64,000 nt of DNA from Carcharhinus longimanus (GCA_030264375.1 JASCQW010000137.1:25387872-25451871); one strand, 5' to 3'; positions 13,586 through 25,758 are shown, counted from the stretch's first letter. The notes: generated by a model not told the origin, from the letters alone. Translations and numbers: made by a program.

Positions 13586-13907
13586 GTGGGGACTTGGCAT
13601 CCAGTTGTGTCTGCAGAACTGTATATGATACAGCATCTTTCCCCTTTCTTTCTTCATATTTTAATGAATTTCCTACCTTATTTGATTGAAACCTCCATTT
13701 GCCTGGGTCAAGCCAGAATTGGAAGGTTCTGCAATGCTCGATCCCACTGCAAATGCAACAGAATCAATTTTTATCTGATGTTCCTGCCTCTCGCTCCACT
13801 GTTAATGCCCCAAATATCCCTCTCAGGTCACAATGTGATTGGTGTAGGCATATATTTGGTAGATGTCTGGACTGGTGCCTACATAGATCAGAACAATGTG
13901 GGCTCAC

Positions 13908-14212
13908 AGAATCACAGGATCTCTACTGTGCAGAAGTTGTTCATTCGGCTTGTCACACCTTCACTAACTATAATGAGCCCTATCCCTGTATTTACGCTGC
14001 TAGTCCCCCTGACTCTAAGGGGCAAGTTAGCATGGCCCATCTACCTGGGCTGCGCATCTTTGGAATGTGGGAAGAAACCAGAACACTTAGAGGAAATCCA
14101 TGCAGACACAGGGAGAACATGCAAACTCCACACAGACAGTGATCCAAGTCCAGAATTGAACCTGGGTTCCTAGCACTGTGAGGCAGCATTGCTAACCACT
14201 GTACCATTGTGT
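13908..14212 (-). mobile_element. HE1-type SINE
   Basis: GCAAACTCCACACAGACAGTGA..GAATTGAACCTGGG..GCTAACCACTGT (reverse complement of head). Confidence 0.9.
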
Positions 14213-15220
14213 TGAACCCATAATTTACTAGGACTTAATAGCGCTCCTCGCAAACTATCTGACATCATTTTCTGCTCTCACTGGTCTGCTCTTACAAGGA
14301 ATAATGCAAATTGAGCCTGGAACACAGATAGCACAGTGTCCAGAATGCTGAAATATAATTTTCAATAGTTGAGCTTTCACACTGCGGCAAGGCTTACTCA
14401 TTTAAGTGATATGAATATATTGAACAATCATTATACTAACACAGCAATGCTTCACTTTTAACTACCTAATCTGCCAGTTCACAAGATTAATTGCATGTCT
14501 TGAGCATGCTAGTGCTTGAGAAATTTTCAAACAGCCATTTCTTAAGACAGAATCAGAGGAATTGTAATACAGAAGGGGGCATTCACCTTATTGTGCTTAT
14601 CCACCAGGTCCTACTCTTCAGCCACAGCATCCTATACAATCCCGTTGTCTGATTCTTTTCCCAAACCCTAGGATGTGGTGGAAACCACAGCTTAAATGAT
14701 TACAACATGGGGAAAGGCCAATGGTGGCGGTTGTAAATATATATCACATCAGTACTGTCAGCCGACACTGATACATCCAGAATATGTAACACCGCTGCCA
14801 TCTCTGGACCTCAGTGTATTAAATGAGGCTTACAGCTGAGGAAGGCTGTTTGACCCATCTTAATTCTTTCATCCATCTTTGCTGTTGCAGAAAATGATCT
14901 CTTTCTGGTTCCTGGGGCTTGATTTTCAGGCCCCGCTGAGTTTGGGAACAGAGGTGGATGAGGCCTGAATTATTTGCTGGTTTCCTGGTCCTATTTGCTA
15001 TGATTCCCATGGCGGGCGGGATGGGAAAATTCCGCCCATGGTGTCCATCACATGACTTCACCATGCTTATGCTTTATTATACAACTGATGTTTTGAGCCA
15101 AAGTGATTCGACTTGTAAAACCTGGTTACAGGGAGCATCCTAACTGGACAAATTTATTCTGAAATTGATATGGTCACATAAAAGTTTTGCATGGATTCCT
15201 GGTCCACTTTGGGAAGTTGG

Positions 15221-15514
15221 AATCATAGAATCCCCACAGTTTAAGAGGAGGCCATTCGGCCNNNNNNNNNNGCCCTATTCCCGTAACTCCATATAATTAC
15301 CCTGCTAATCCTCCTGAGACTAGGGTCAATTTAGCATGGCCAATCAATGTAACCCACACATCTTTGGACTGTGGGAGAAAACTGGAACACCCACAGGTAA
15401 CCCATGCAGATACGGGGGAGAATGTGCAAGCTCCACACAGACAGTGATCCAAGCCAGGAATTGAACCTGGGTCTCTGGCACTGTGAGGCAGCAGTGCTAA
15501 TCACTGTAGCACCC
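15221..15514 (-). mobile_element. HE1-type SINE flanked by a ~107-bp direct repeat
   Basis: Full head and tail; flanks 15110-15217 and 15518-15626 are near-identical. Confidence 0.92.
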
Positions 15515-16797
15515 TGAGACTTGTAAAAATTGGTTACAGGGAACTTCCTAACTGGACAAATTTACTATGAAGTTGATATGGTCATATAAAAAAATTTTGT
15601 ATGGATTCCTGGTCCACTTGAGAAGTAATTCAAGGCTCCATCAAGTTATGGAGGTTGTCAATGATTTCAGTCCACCCCATTCCAAACATTTTAGCACCTG
15701 TGTGACAGAAGGTGGCATAGGTGATGGCCAATGAGAAAGACCCCTGCCCAACTTAAGGTGGATGAGTGTTAACTGCAGTGTTGGAGATTTAAGGTGCCCC
15801 TCAGGAGGTGTGCAGGAAAATGCAGCGTAGTTTATAAAAAAAATCTCACTTATCAATAATTAATCTCACTTAAGAAAGGAGCCCTGATGTTCAGAAAGTT
15901 TCCCCAGCTTCCAGAACAAAAGCAACAACCAACATGAAAATTTCATGGTATTATTCATGCACTCCGCCCACCACTCACCATGCATTGCACTAATTAAACA
16001 AAAAACATAGGGAAAAAAACCTCAACTATTGCACTGACAACCAAATCTCACAGCCAGCTGTGTTTTCACTGAAATTATTCAAAAGGCCTGTGACTAAAAA
16101 TTCATCGGCTCACTGTTCTCCATACGGAGGTTTTGCAACTATACTTGGACACAGATTTAGCTCAATGTGAAATTAGGGGCTGTTGTTAGCTTTATCTGAG
16201 GTAAAAAAAGAGTGATGTTCTTTTTTCCCATTGTAAATTATGACCCAGTAAAGAAAGTTGGGAATGTCGGTTGGTGACTTGTGCTCAGAAAGGATGTGTT
16301 CATGTGAACGGCAATGAGAAATAACTGTGGATCATAATGCACCTGCAAAAATGATCCTTCACCATTTTCCAGAAAACCGACAAACGATTTAACTCAATGG
16401 AGGTGTTTAACTAACTGTGGCGTGTGCGAGTTTTAGATTCAAAGAATGGATCAATACATTCTGGGTATGATCACTGTTACAACAAAGCAACCTCAGGATT
16501 GCTTTAGCACATTTCCAGCTAAGCAATTTGAGGCTATTTGCGTGGCAGGAGAGGTGGAGATAATTAGCTTAAAAAATTATAACGGGAATATGAGGATAGT
16601 ACAGGGCATATACAGGCATGATGGAAAATAGGATGTATTGATCTACAAAGGGAAAATTTATACTCGCATAGATAGATGTGTTAGCATAGACAAAGAAATG
16701 TAGAAGTCAAAAGGATTATCCAAACAACAATGTACATTCTATGATGAAAGAAGGAAGGTATTTCTTTGTGGTACATCAATAACGTCACCTCTCATAG

Positions 16798-17119
16798 AGC
16801 ATAAAACATAGAATGGAGAAGGAGGCCATTTGGCCCATCGAGTCTGCACTGACCACAATCCCACCCAGGCCCTATACCATAACCTCATTCATCTATCCCA
16901 GCTGATCCCCCTGACACAAAGGGGCAATTTAGCATGACCAATCCACCTAATCCACACATCTTTGGACTGTGGGAGGAAACTGGAGCACCTGGAGGAAACC
17001 CAAGCAGACATGGGGAGAATGTACAAATTGCACACAGACGGTGACCCAAGGATGGAATTGAACCCAGTTCCCTTGCACTGTGAGACAGCAGAGCTAACCA
17101 TTGTGTCACCATGCCACCC
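16798..17119 (-). mobile_element. HE1-type SINE
   Basis: GAAGGAGGCCATTTGGCCC tail; GCTAACCATTGTGTCACCATGCC head. Confidence 0.92.
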
Positions 17120-17120
17120 C

Positions 17121-17451
17121 TTTTTTTTAGAACAGATTTTTCTTTTATTTATTTAAAATCAAAAAACCAAATTGGTCCAATCAAAGTCCCTACAAGAGAG
17201 ACATTGCAGATCCAAGCTGACAAGACAGGCCCCACTTTTCCTGCCTCGGGCTTGATCAACATAACCCAAGCTGACAGGAGTGGGCATTACACCCCCTCCT
17301 GGGCTTGATCTGAGCTTCATCTTAGCCAAAAGGCCCAGATGGCGTTTTAAAAAACTGCTTCAAGTGAAGCCTCAGTGTAATCTCATTGACTTCTATCAAG
17401 TGTATGATCAGCAAACTATACTTGTTCTTAGCCAAAAGGCCAAGAAGAGAT
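17121..17451 (-). mobile_element. U2 snRNA-headed retrocopy: U2 nt 1-37, Keno-like mini insert, U2 nt 38-46, poly(A)
   Basis: Minus strand 17451-17415 ATCTCTTCTTGGCCTTTTGGCTAAGAACAAGTATAGT is 33/37 identical to the U2 5' end; 17137-17129 ATCTGTTCT equals U2 nt 38-46; A8 at 17128-17121. Confidence 0.8.
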
Positions 17452-17454
17452 AGC

Positions 17455-18270
17455 TTAATTCTTCTAAACTCCACTGGGTAATAGGCGCAACCTGTTCAAC
17501 CTCTCTTCGTAAAGTAAGTCCCTTACCCCAGGAATGAGTCCTGTGAACCTTCTCTGAACTGTTCTTAATGCAATTACATAATTTTTTAAATAAGGAAATT
17601 AAATTTGTACACAGTGTTACAAACATGGCCTCACCAAGGCCCTCTACAGCTGCAGTAAAACTTCCCTACTTTTATATTCCATGCAACTTGCAATAAACGC
17701 TAATGTGGCAGCACTGGTTAGCACTATGGCTTCGAGAGCCAGGGACCTGGGTTCAATTCCTGGGTCACAGTCTGTGTGCACATTCTCCCCTAGTCTGTGT
17801 GCAGTTCCCCCGCATGCTCTGGTTTCCTCCCATAGTCTGAAAGACCTGCTGGTTAGATGCATTGGCCATGCTAATTCTCCCTCAGTGTACCCAAACAGAC
17901 GCCGGAGTGTGGTGACTAGGGGATTTTCACAGTAACTTCATTGCGATTACAGTATATATCCTTCTTGTGACTCTAATAAATAAACTTCAATTGTAAACTT
18001 TCCATTTGTCTCCCTAATTATTTGTTGTATCTGCATACTAACTTTTTGTGATTCATGTACCAAGGCATCCAGATCCCCCTGTATCACTGGGTTCCGTAAC
18101 CTCTCTCCACTTAAATTGTACATAGCTTTTCTATTCTTTCTGCCAAAATGGACAAATCATTTTCCCACATTATACTCCATATGCCAAATTTTTGCCCACT
18201 CACTTAACCTGTCAGCATCCCTTTGCAGATTTTCTATTTCCTCTTGACAACTTACTTTTCTACCTATTGG
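17455..18270 (-). mobile_element. CR1 LINE ORF2 fragment, interrupted by a SINE
   Basis: TTCTTCTAAACTCC..TTTTCCCACATTATACTCCAT..TTTTGCCCACTCACTTAACCT, reverse complement of CR1 ORF2 3' region. Confidence 0.85.
17703..17987 (+). mobile_element. HE1-headed SINE with alternative tail (type 2)
   Basis: Same tRNA head but tail CTCAGTGTACCC..GGGATTTTCACAGTAACTTCATTGC..CTTGTGAC..TAATAAATAAACT. Confidence 0.88.
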
Positions 18271-18279
18271 TAGATTCAG

Positions 18280-18592
18280 AAAATCATAGATTCAACAGTG
18301 CAGAAGGGGGCAATTTGGCCCATCAAGCCTGCACCAACAATAATCTCACCCAGCTCTTATCCCCCTAACCCCATATATTTACCCATCGAACCCTCCTGAC
18401 AGTAAAGGGCAATTTAACATGGCCAATCCACCTAACCCGCACATATTTGGAGTACGGGAGGAAACCAGAGCACCTGGAGGAAACTCAACGCAGACACAGG
18501 GAGAATGTGCAAACTCCACACAGACAGACACCCAAGGCTGGAACTGAACCTGAGACTCTGAGGCAGCAGTACTAACCGTTGTGCCACCATGC
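18280..18592 (-). mobile_element. HE1-type SINE
   Basis: Body GGCCAATCCACCTAACCCGCAC..GCAAACTCCACACAGACAG; head at 18570-18592. Confidence 0.9.
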
Positions 18593-19990
18593 TTCTTTTG
18601 TTACAATCCACCCCAGGGAAAGTTCCCCAAAGTTGTTGATCCAGGTGAGACCCTTCAGTTTGTGACTGTCCGATGGGGAGACCCCTAGATTTTTACAATC
18701 CCAGATGAAGAGGGATGAACTGGCTCTTCTTGGCTGGAATCTGGCTGTTTCTTCCGGTCTTCTGGTCCTGCCCACTGGCGAATGGCGTGCCGCGTCTGCC
18801 GGGTTAGGGAAGGCCTGCTGGTGACCTCTCCACTCCCTGATTGGCTTGTGGTTCAGTGATGAGCCTTACTGAAGTGAGGCAGCAAAGCTGGTCTCTCACT
18901 GGCTTGCCAGTCAACAGGCAAAACCCGCGACGCACCAGCAGGGTTCTGCCCAATATCTGAGCCTGTGATTCAGAAATGGATTTCCCAATTTCCACGTTAA
19001 CACAGTATTTGCTCATTCCCACACTTGCTTTCAGCTGGTGAATTGCTAATGATGTGATGGTATTGAATGCCAGCTGCAGAATTTCTTAATAATTTATTAT
19101 GGGGAGGCGATTGCCTACCTATTATTCACTCCAAAATCGCCCAACAATTTTTGTAAACAACATATTTTATGCTTTTTATTCATATTCTGGAAAGCTATGT
19201 CCCTGGATACTCAGGACAAAACGACTAAACAACCTCCGCCAATATGTTACACCAATGGAAGTGTGCCAAGGCACAACCGTTTACACAGGAGGGTGAATTT
19301 CTCCTGTGTCCTGCAATAGGTCTGCACTCAAAGGGCATTCCAAGCTGGTGAGTGGTATAATGTTATAGCACTATTCCCAACCCATCCTTGCTTTGAGTCA
19401 ACCTCTCCAACTGGGTTGCCAAAGAACTGTTGAATTAACGGATCAGTGCATGTGCTCTGCGACATGAGTTAAAACTACATAATTTTGTTTTCTGTGGGAG
19501 TACCAGAATAATGAGTATTTCTGAATTATGAACAAAAGTTAAAGACTCAAAACTATTTTGCAGCCGTACTCAGTGCATTTAACTAAATATTTAACGGCAA
19601 GTAGTTGAATATTTTATGCCATTGTCAACTCGCATAACAAGTTACATTTTCTGTCATAAGTAAAAGCTGTCATGAGACCAAAATTGATGCCATATTGACG
19701 CTAAAGTGTGAACTGACAGGAAAAGCTCAGCCACCACAGCACACTCAGAGAAGCCTATAAAACCAAAACCACTTGCAAACTAAATACACACGTATTCACA
19801 AAAATCCATTTTTTCATAACACATAAACATTGGCCCAATATGAAATGTTATTTTATCCTTTGAACTGTGCCAGGCTGTGTTTTCCAATTATTTCCAAGTG
19901 TGATGACTTAAACCAGCATTTGCCATTCTAGGTTCTATTCCTTGGAATTTTTGGTAAATCACCAAACTTTGCAAGTTATCAACTGGTAGC

Positions 19991-20455
19991 CATAGAAAAA
20001 AGTTGCAGTAGTCGGCCATTCGGTCCTTTGAACCTGCACCACTATTCAATATGATCATGGCTGAACATGCACTTTCAGTATCGCACTCCCATTTTCTCTC
20101 CATACTCCTTCATCTCTTTAGTCACAACAGCAGTGTCCAGCTCCCTCTTGAACATATCTAATGGACTGGCCTCAACAGTTGTGCTAGAGAATTCCACAGG
20201 TTCACAATTCTGAGTGAAAAAGTTCTTCCTCATCTCAGTCCTGAATGGCTTACCCCTTATTCTTAGACCATGACCCCTAGTTCTGGACTTTCCCAACATC
20301 AGGAACATTCTTCCCACATCTAGCCTGTCCAGTTCCAGCAGGATTTTATATGTTTCTCTGAGATTCCCTCTCATTTTCCTAAATTCCAGTGAGTGCAAGC
20401 CCAGTCGATCCAGTCTCTCTTCATGTGTCAGTCCTGCCATTCCAGGAGTCAGTCT
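19991..20455 (-). mobile_element. CR1/HER1 LINE 3' fragment
   Basis: Peptide EERLDRLGLHSLEFRKMRGNLRETYKIL..TRGHGLRIRGKPFRTEMRKNFFTQ. Confidence 0.95.
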
Positions 20456-21501
20456 ATTAAGTAAAAGCTAACCATTCTTTCAACAATTTCCCTGCTAATG
20501 GCCATTTGTTGAGGTTTAGTGGAACAATGTCAGCATTTGTAACAAAGCGTATTTTAGCATGATAGCGGACCCTTTGTGACTCTTTGCCTTATATAACACC
20601 TCTTTGCATGTTTCTCTCTCTTGCACAGAAAAAAAATCTCCGTGTGTCTCCATGGGTTTCCTTTCGGTGCTCCAGTTTCCAGGGACTTGTTGGCCTCCAA
20701 CAAAAGGCCTTTAGGCAGCTTTCATTGTCTGTCTATCCGACCTCTGGGGTAGTGACCCGGGGACGAGATGGTGCTGAGAAACTGGCTGACCTGCCAGCAG
20801 AGTGGATTTTTCACAATTTTCCTGTTCACCCAAAACTTCCCCAATTAGGCCTTAAAAATTCAGCCCGTATTGTGAACAGAAATCTGTTAGAAAGCAGAGC
20901 ACCAAGTGCACGTTCTTGAGTATAATACAACACAAAACTATCAGAGGAGTTAAGTTTATAATTCTTGCTCAGTGAAAATGTTACCAACTCAGCTTATTAC
21001 TAAGAAATAGCTAATAATCCTTGCCCAACAGTACTTTTTTAAACTGCTATTTGGATTACAGAGCTTATGAATGGAAGAATTTATTGTGGTGATCAGGTCA
21101 CTCCAGTCCCTATTTTTCATAGCTTCTTTTTACACTGTAATAAATATGAATGAGTAGAGAAAAAAATGCAGTGGACAAGATTATATTGAACCCAGTTTGA
21201 AATTCAAGATACACTTAGAGAAAACAGTTTACTGTTAAATGTGTTGCTGTATTATCTATCAGTGCATCTCATAAACTTCTTGTCTGAAATAGGATAGAAT
21301 TTATTTTTCACTATAGTGAATAATTTCACCGCAATTGTTGAACCTTTCTCCACAATCCTCTGAAATCTTCTACTCAACACAATGCTGGAATATAGTCTTC
21401 AGTAACATCTCTAGCCTTTTTCATCTGAACTAAGCCGCAGTTCACTTGCTGGTTCCTCTCCACAATTTGCAGTGAATATTTCAACACCAAGTCACTGTAC
21501 C

Positions 21502-22420
21502 TGGACCACGATTCTCCCAAAAAAAAACTTAAGTGTCGGATTTGCGTAAAAGCAGGAGTAAATCACGCTATTTTTTCAGAAACTGAATCTCCCACACTCT
21601 GTCCCTGCCGATAGCATTAGCGTAGCATGATTCATGTGCAAAATGAAGGGGCAGGGCCTATTCCCACTGGAGACACTTGTGGCATAGTGCTGTGCAGGCT
21701 GCTGCTCATGCACTGACCTGTCAGCACTGAGATTGGCACATGCACAGTGGCCCCAAACTGCTGGCTTCCTGATTGCCGGCCAGCTCAATTGCTGGCTTGC
21801 CCCGCGATCCCACAACGCCAGTCTTCTGCCCACGGCCCGATCACTGGCCCCCAAAGCATGCCCAGGCCCAGCCTCTACCTGCCCACAGCCCTGATCTCTC
21901 AGCACCTACAATTCTCCCCCCCACCGGCAGTCCCAAACCCCTACCCCATGCAGTCAAGACTGCCCCCCTGCAGTCCCAATCCCTCCCCAGCAGGTTGCCC
22001 CCCACCCCACCCCAGTGTCCAGCTCCAATCGCTGGCCTCCTTCCCTCTGCTCGATCCCAAAGTGCAGAGTGGTAGCGGGACCCTCAACACCCACCAATTG
22101 CCCCCTATTAGGCCCTCCCCATCATGCCTCATCCCTATTAGGCACCAGCCTCTTGGCACTGCCCCATGCCTGATGGGCAGTGCTAAGGTGCCCCTTGACA
22201 TTGACACTTTGCCCTTTGGGTAGTACCAGAGGGTCGACATTGGCATTGCCAATGGGGCATCACCCCATTCCGTACGATCCTCTGGAGAGCCCGATTGCTC
22301 TCCCTTCATTCCAGCAGGATAGGGCCAGTAGCTCCCCCAAAGTGGGGAGCTATAGTAAACCCCACTGGAATGAACCACGCTGGCGAGCAGGAGGGGAGAT
22401 ACTAGCTGGCGCCCTATTCG
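21502..22420. mobile_element. GC-rich non-autonomous DNA element (PIF/Harbinger-like MITE)
   Basis: Begins GGACCACGATTCTCCC; C-rich core with TGGCAC/GTGCC motifs shared with 41686-42581. Confidence 0.5.
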
Positions 22421-23017
22421 AATCTGTTGTTTCTGGATACTGCAGAAGGTTAGCATTTTGTAACAGGGCATACACTGATTGATCTGTACAGTGAACAAAG
22501 AATCTTCGTGCTGAGTTGATGATGATGAAATTTGTGTAGAAATCGAAGCTAACAACTGGATCTTGGAATTACTTTTCAACTTTTCAACATTGAGGAATTA
22601 TAAATTTGGAATACTCTGCATGCAAATCGGATTTTGAGCTGGATTCAGCTGAGCGTCCCACTAAACCGAATTGCCTCATCCCCTTGAATCCACTCATGTT
22701 AGAAGCTATTCCCAATTCCCAAAACTTCAGTGAGTCCATTTCAGCAGCCCTTGTGTTGCTAATTCAGGCAAGAGGACAACAAATGACAAAGTAAATCTAG
22801 TTGATACTTTGCTGGGAAAGGTGGCACAAGTCTTGAGGATTGGATGCTGACCTTAATATACCAGTTGGCACCCAGCTGATGTTACGTAATGCAGCAAACT
22901 TTGTTTCATTAAGTTTCTGCTGCCATGTTGAAGTATGCTTTGCAACAAATATTGACGTTGTTCCATTAAATCCCAACAGTTGAGGATTCACCGGGAAATT
23001 GTCGAAAGATGGTAGGA

Positions 23018-23300
23018 CTTAAGGTGAGAGGGGGAAAGTTCAAAGGAGATGTGTGGGGCAAGTTTTTACACAGGGAGTGGTAGGTGTCTGGAACGCACTG
23101 CCAAGGGCGGTGGTGCAGGCAGATACAGTAGAAGCGTTTAAGGGGCTTTTAGATAAGCACATGAATAGGCAATGAATAGAGGGATATGGATCAAGGACAG
23201 GCAGAAGGGATTAGTTTAATTTGGCATCATGTTCAGCACAGCAATCGTGGGCAAAAAGGCAAGTTCCTCTGCTGCAAAAGTGTATGCTATGTTCTATGTT
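23018..23300 (+). mobile_element. CR1 LINE 3' end
   Basis: TTAAGGTGAGAGGGGGAAAGTTCAAAGGAGATGTG..TTTTTACACAG..TGGAACGCACTGCC; tail CTATGTTCTATGTT. Confidence 0.92.
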
Positions 23301-23610
23301 TACTTAGCCAGTTGCTTATCCCTCCAAAGTTAAGTGATTTACCACTAGGATTCAACTAATGTTACACAACATATAGAACTTCTTTATACATGCTGCTGTG
23401 CTAAAATATGCTTTGCTACTAACACTGACATCGTTCCACTGAACTGCAACAAGTAACCATTAGCAGGGAAATTGTTAAAAGAATGGCTCGACTTTACTTA
23501 ACATGAATACCAGTAGCTTACCTTCAACGCTTAGTGATTTATGGAAAATTCCCAGGAATAGAACCTAGAATGACAAACACTGGTTAAATTGCTGAACCAG
23601 CACAAATACC

Positions 23611-24150
23611 GGGCCCGGGGCGGGGGTTGGATTCTCCCATCTCGCTGATTTTTTTAGCGCAGCGGGCCAGGAGATTTCAGTGGTGCCCGATCCATGGGAT
23701 TTGTGCTGGGCATCCCGCTCCGATAGCGCCTCACAACACGATTTCCGGCGGCGTCAGCTCTGTGCTGGAAGTCAGTGGAGAGGCACATAAATTATTTAAA
23801 CGGGAATCTCCTTACATTTTAAATACAACTAACAATCTCGCCACACCTGCTGCAGATCGTACGAATCCTGGAAAATTGCGCGTGAACCTAAAAACAGGTT
23901 TTGCGCCCGGCGCCAAATGGTTTTCAATCGTCCTGGTCTTTTGCTACTGGCGCAAGTCAGATCTCACCCCGAAAGGGCAAAGGCCGATTAGCAGATTTAA
24001 AGTAGCATTTAAAAATACTTAGCCCACTCAACAACAGATTTTCCCAGCTCCTGGGGACTTCTGACCCTTGGACATGGTGAGAAGCACTAAATCAGGTGCG
24101 ATGACCATGTCGGGTGGTCGGGAACATTGATCGGCAGTGGTGTAATCGTC
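23611..24150. mobile_element. CpG-rich MITE-like element (Harbinger-like)
   Basis: GGGGGTTGGATTCTCCC start, internal palindromic GC-rich motifs. Confidence 0.45.
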
Positions 24151-24475
24151 GAATCCTAGAATCCCTACAATACAGAAAGAGGCCATTCAGCCCATCGAAC
24201 CTGCACTGACAACAATCCCACCCAGGTCCTACCTCCATAACTCTGCATATTTATCCTGCTAATCTCCCCGATACTAAGGGGCAATTGAGCACAACCAGTC
24301 AACTTAACCGGCACATTTTTGAGCTATGGCAAGAAACCGGAGTACTCAGGAGAAGCCACACAGACAGGCAGAGAATGTGCAAACTTCAAACAGGCAGTTA
24401 CCCGAGATTGGACTTGAACCTGCATCCCAGGTGCTGTGAGGCAACAATGCCATCCAATGTGCCACTGTGTCACCC
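24150..24475 (-). mobile_element. HE1-type SINE (diverged)
   Basis: TAGAATCCCTACA..GAGGCCATTCAGCCCATC tail and degenerate head. Confidence 0.88.
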
Positions 24476-25389
24476 TGTTGTTGTCATAAGGAATTATATA
24501 CTTGAATGAAATTCTTTTTCTTCAGTACAATTTAGTTGAAGGACTAGAAATATAGTAAATTGGTTTTTTGGAATGAGGTTTTTCTTCAATATAGTGGTCT
24601 GCAATAGACATCTAGGCTCAATTTTCATCTTCAAGACATTTAGCGGAAGTCACAAACACGCCCAGCTAAGCACACCCACCTTGGGAGGAAAGTGTCTGTA
24701 AAGGCAGGATTTTCATTGCTGGGTGATGGGTGCCGTCTAGAGTCAGGCCAGCCCATCCAGGAAAACACTGGGAGGCAGCCATAGGGGCTGGGGTGGCTGT
24801 AGAGGCTGGCAGTTTAAAGACCTGCCTCCCAATGGGAAAATGGGACCTTTTCTAGTTCAAATAAAAAGAGAAAGACCCTCTAGCCCTCACTCCCCATCCC
24901 CCTCCAAATATTCTCCATACCCCATTCATACCATCTCATGCTCCCCACCAACCCTCTATGCCCCATGTCAGGTTATGGCAATTCCATGCCCATTCACCCA
25001 CTATTCACTGTCTACAACCAATGAACCCTATAGCAGGAAATATCTTTAAAATATTTTTTAACAAGTGATTCATTTACTGGTTCTCCTGTGTTGAAAAAAG
25101 TATTCACTACAAATTACTAAACTGTCAATCTTTCTCCATCAAAAGATCAGTAACAAATTCCAGAAATCCTTGAAACCACTTAACTTGTGTAAACAAACAT
25201 TTTGAAATTGATAGTAGCAATCAGAAAGCTTGAGCTGTCAATCAAACAGCATTCCTTCAGGGAGCAGCTGTTTCAACAAACTTATTGGATATCTGGGCTG
25301 TCAGCCAACCCTCATTATACATGCTTGGTTGAGAGTCCAAACAATGACTAGAGTAATAAAAGACCTGTTTCCCTGAGGAAGTGCTAAAT

Positions 25390-25758
25390 AAATACAGGAG
25401 ATATAGACACTAATACCCACACAGAAAACACAGGCACTGACGCCAACATGCAAGAAATACCAGAGAGAAAACACCAATAATGAAACCACACAGGAAATGT
25501 CAACACATCCACACATAAATGAAACACCTACACCAGTATCCAGAGAGGGGACAACTACACTAATATCCCCACAGGAAATACCCCCACTAATACCTGTACA
25601 GGAAACACATACATTAATATCTACATAGGAAATACACACACTAATATCAACACAGGAAACACACACACTAATACCCACAAAGGAAATTACAACATTCAAA
25701 CCAACACAGGAAATACCGACATTAATACTTGCATAGAAACACATACATTAATATCTCC
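25390..25758. repeat. Degenerate 27-bp minisatellite
   Basis: Unit approximately CTAATATCNACACAGGAAATACACACA, best preserved at 25560-25740. Confidence 0.85.

Larger units (their letters stand above)
19909..23587. mobile_element. Ancient element with ~190-bp inverted arms (probable DNA transposon relic)
   Basis: 19909-19990 joined to 20456-20559 is the reverse complement of 23399-23587 once the CR1 insert is removed. Confidence 0.7.

Noticed and set aside
13586-14173. 195-aa ORF
   Set aside because: The C-terminal half is antisense HE1 SINE; the remainder is unrecognisable
17415-17451. Functional U2 snRNA gene
   Set aside because: Only nt 1-37 and 38-46 are present; no Sm site, 3' stems or PSE, and the branch-pairing region is mutated
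21576-22579. Overlapping Pro/Gly-rich ORFs up to 212 aa
   Set aside because: Arise from a GC-rich MITE-like repeat with few stop codons
25301-25744. 147-aa Cys/Val/Ile repeat ORF
   Set aside because: By-product of a 27-bp minisatellite; no splice or homology support, and the frame is broken in flanking units
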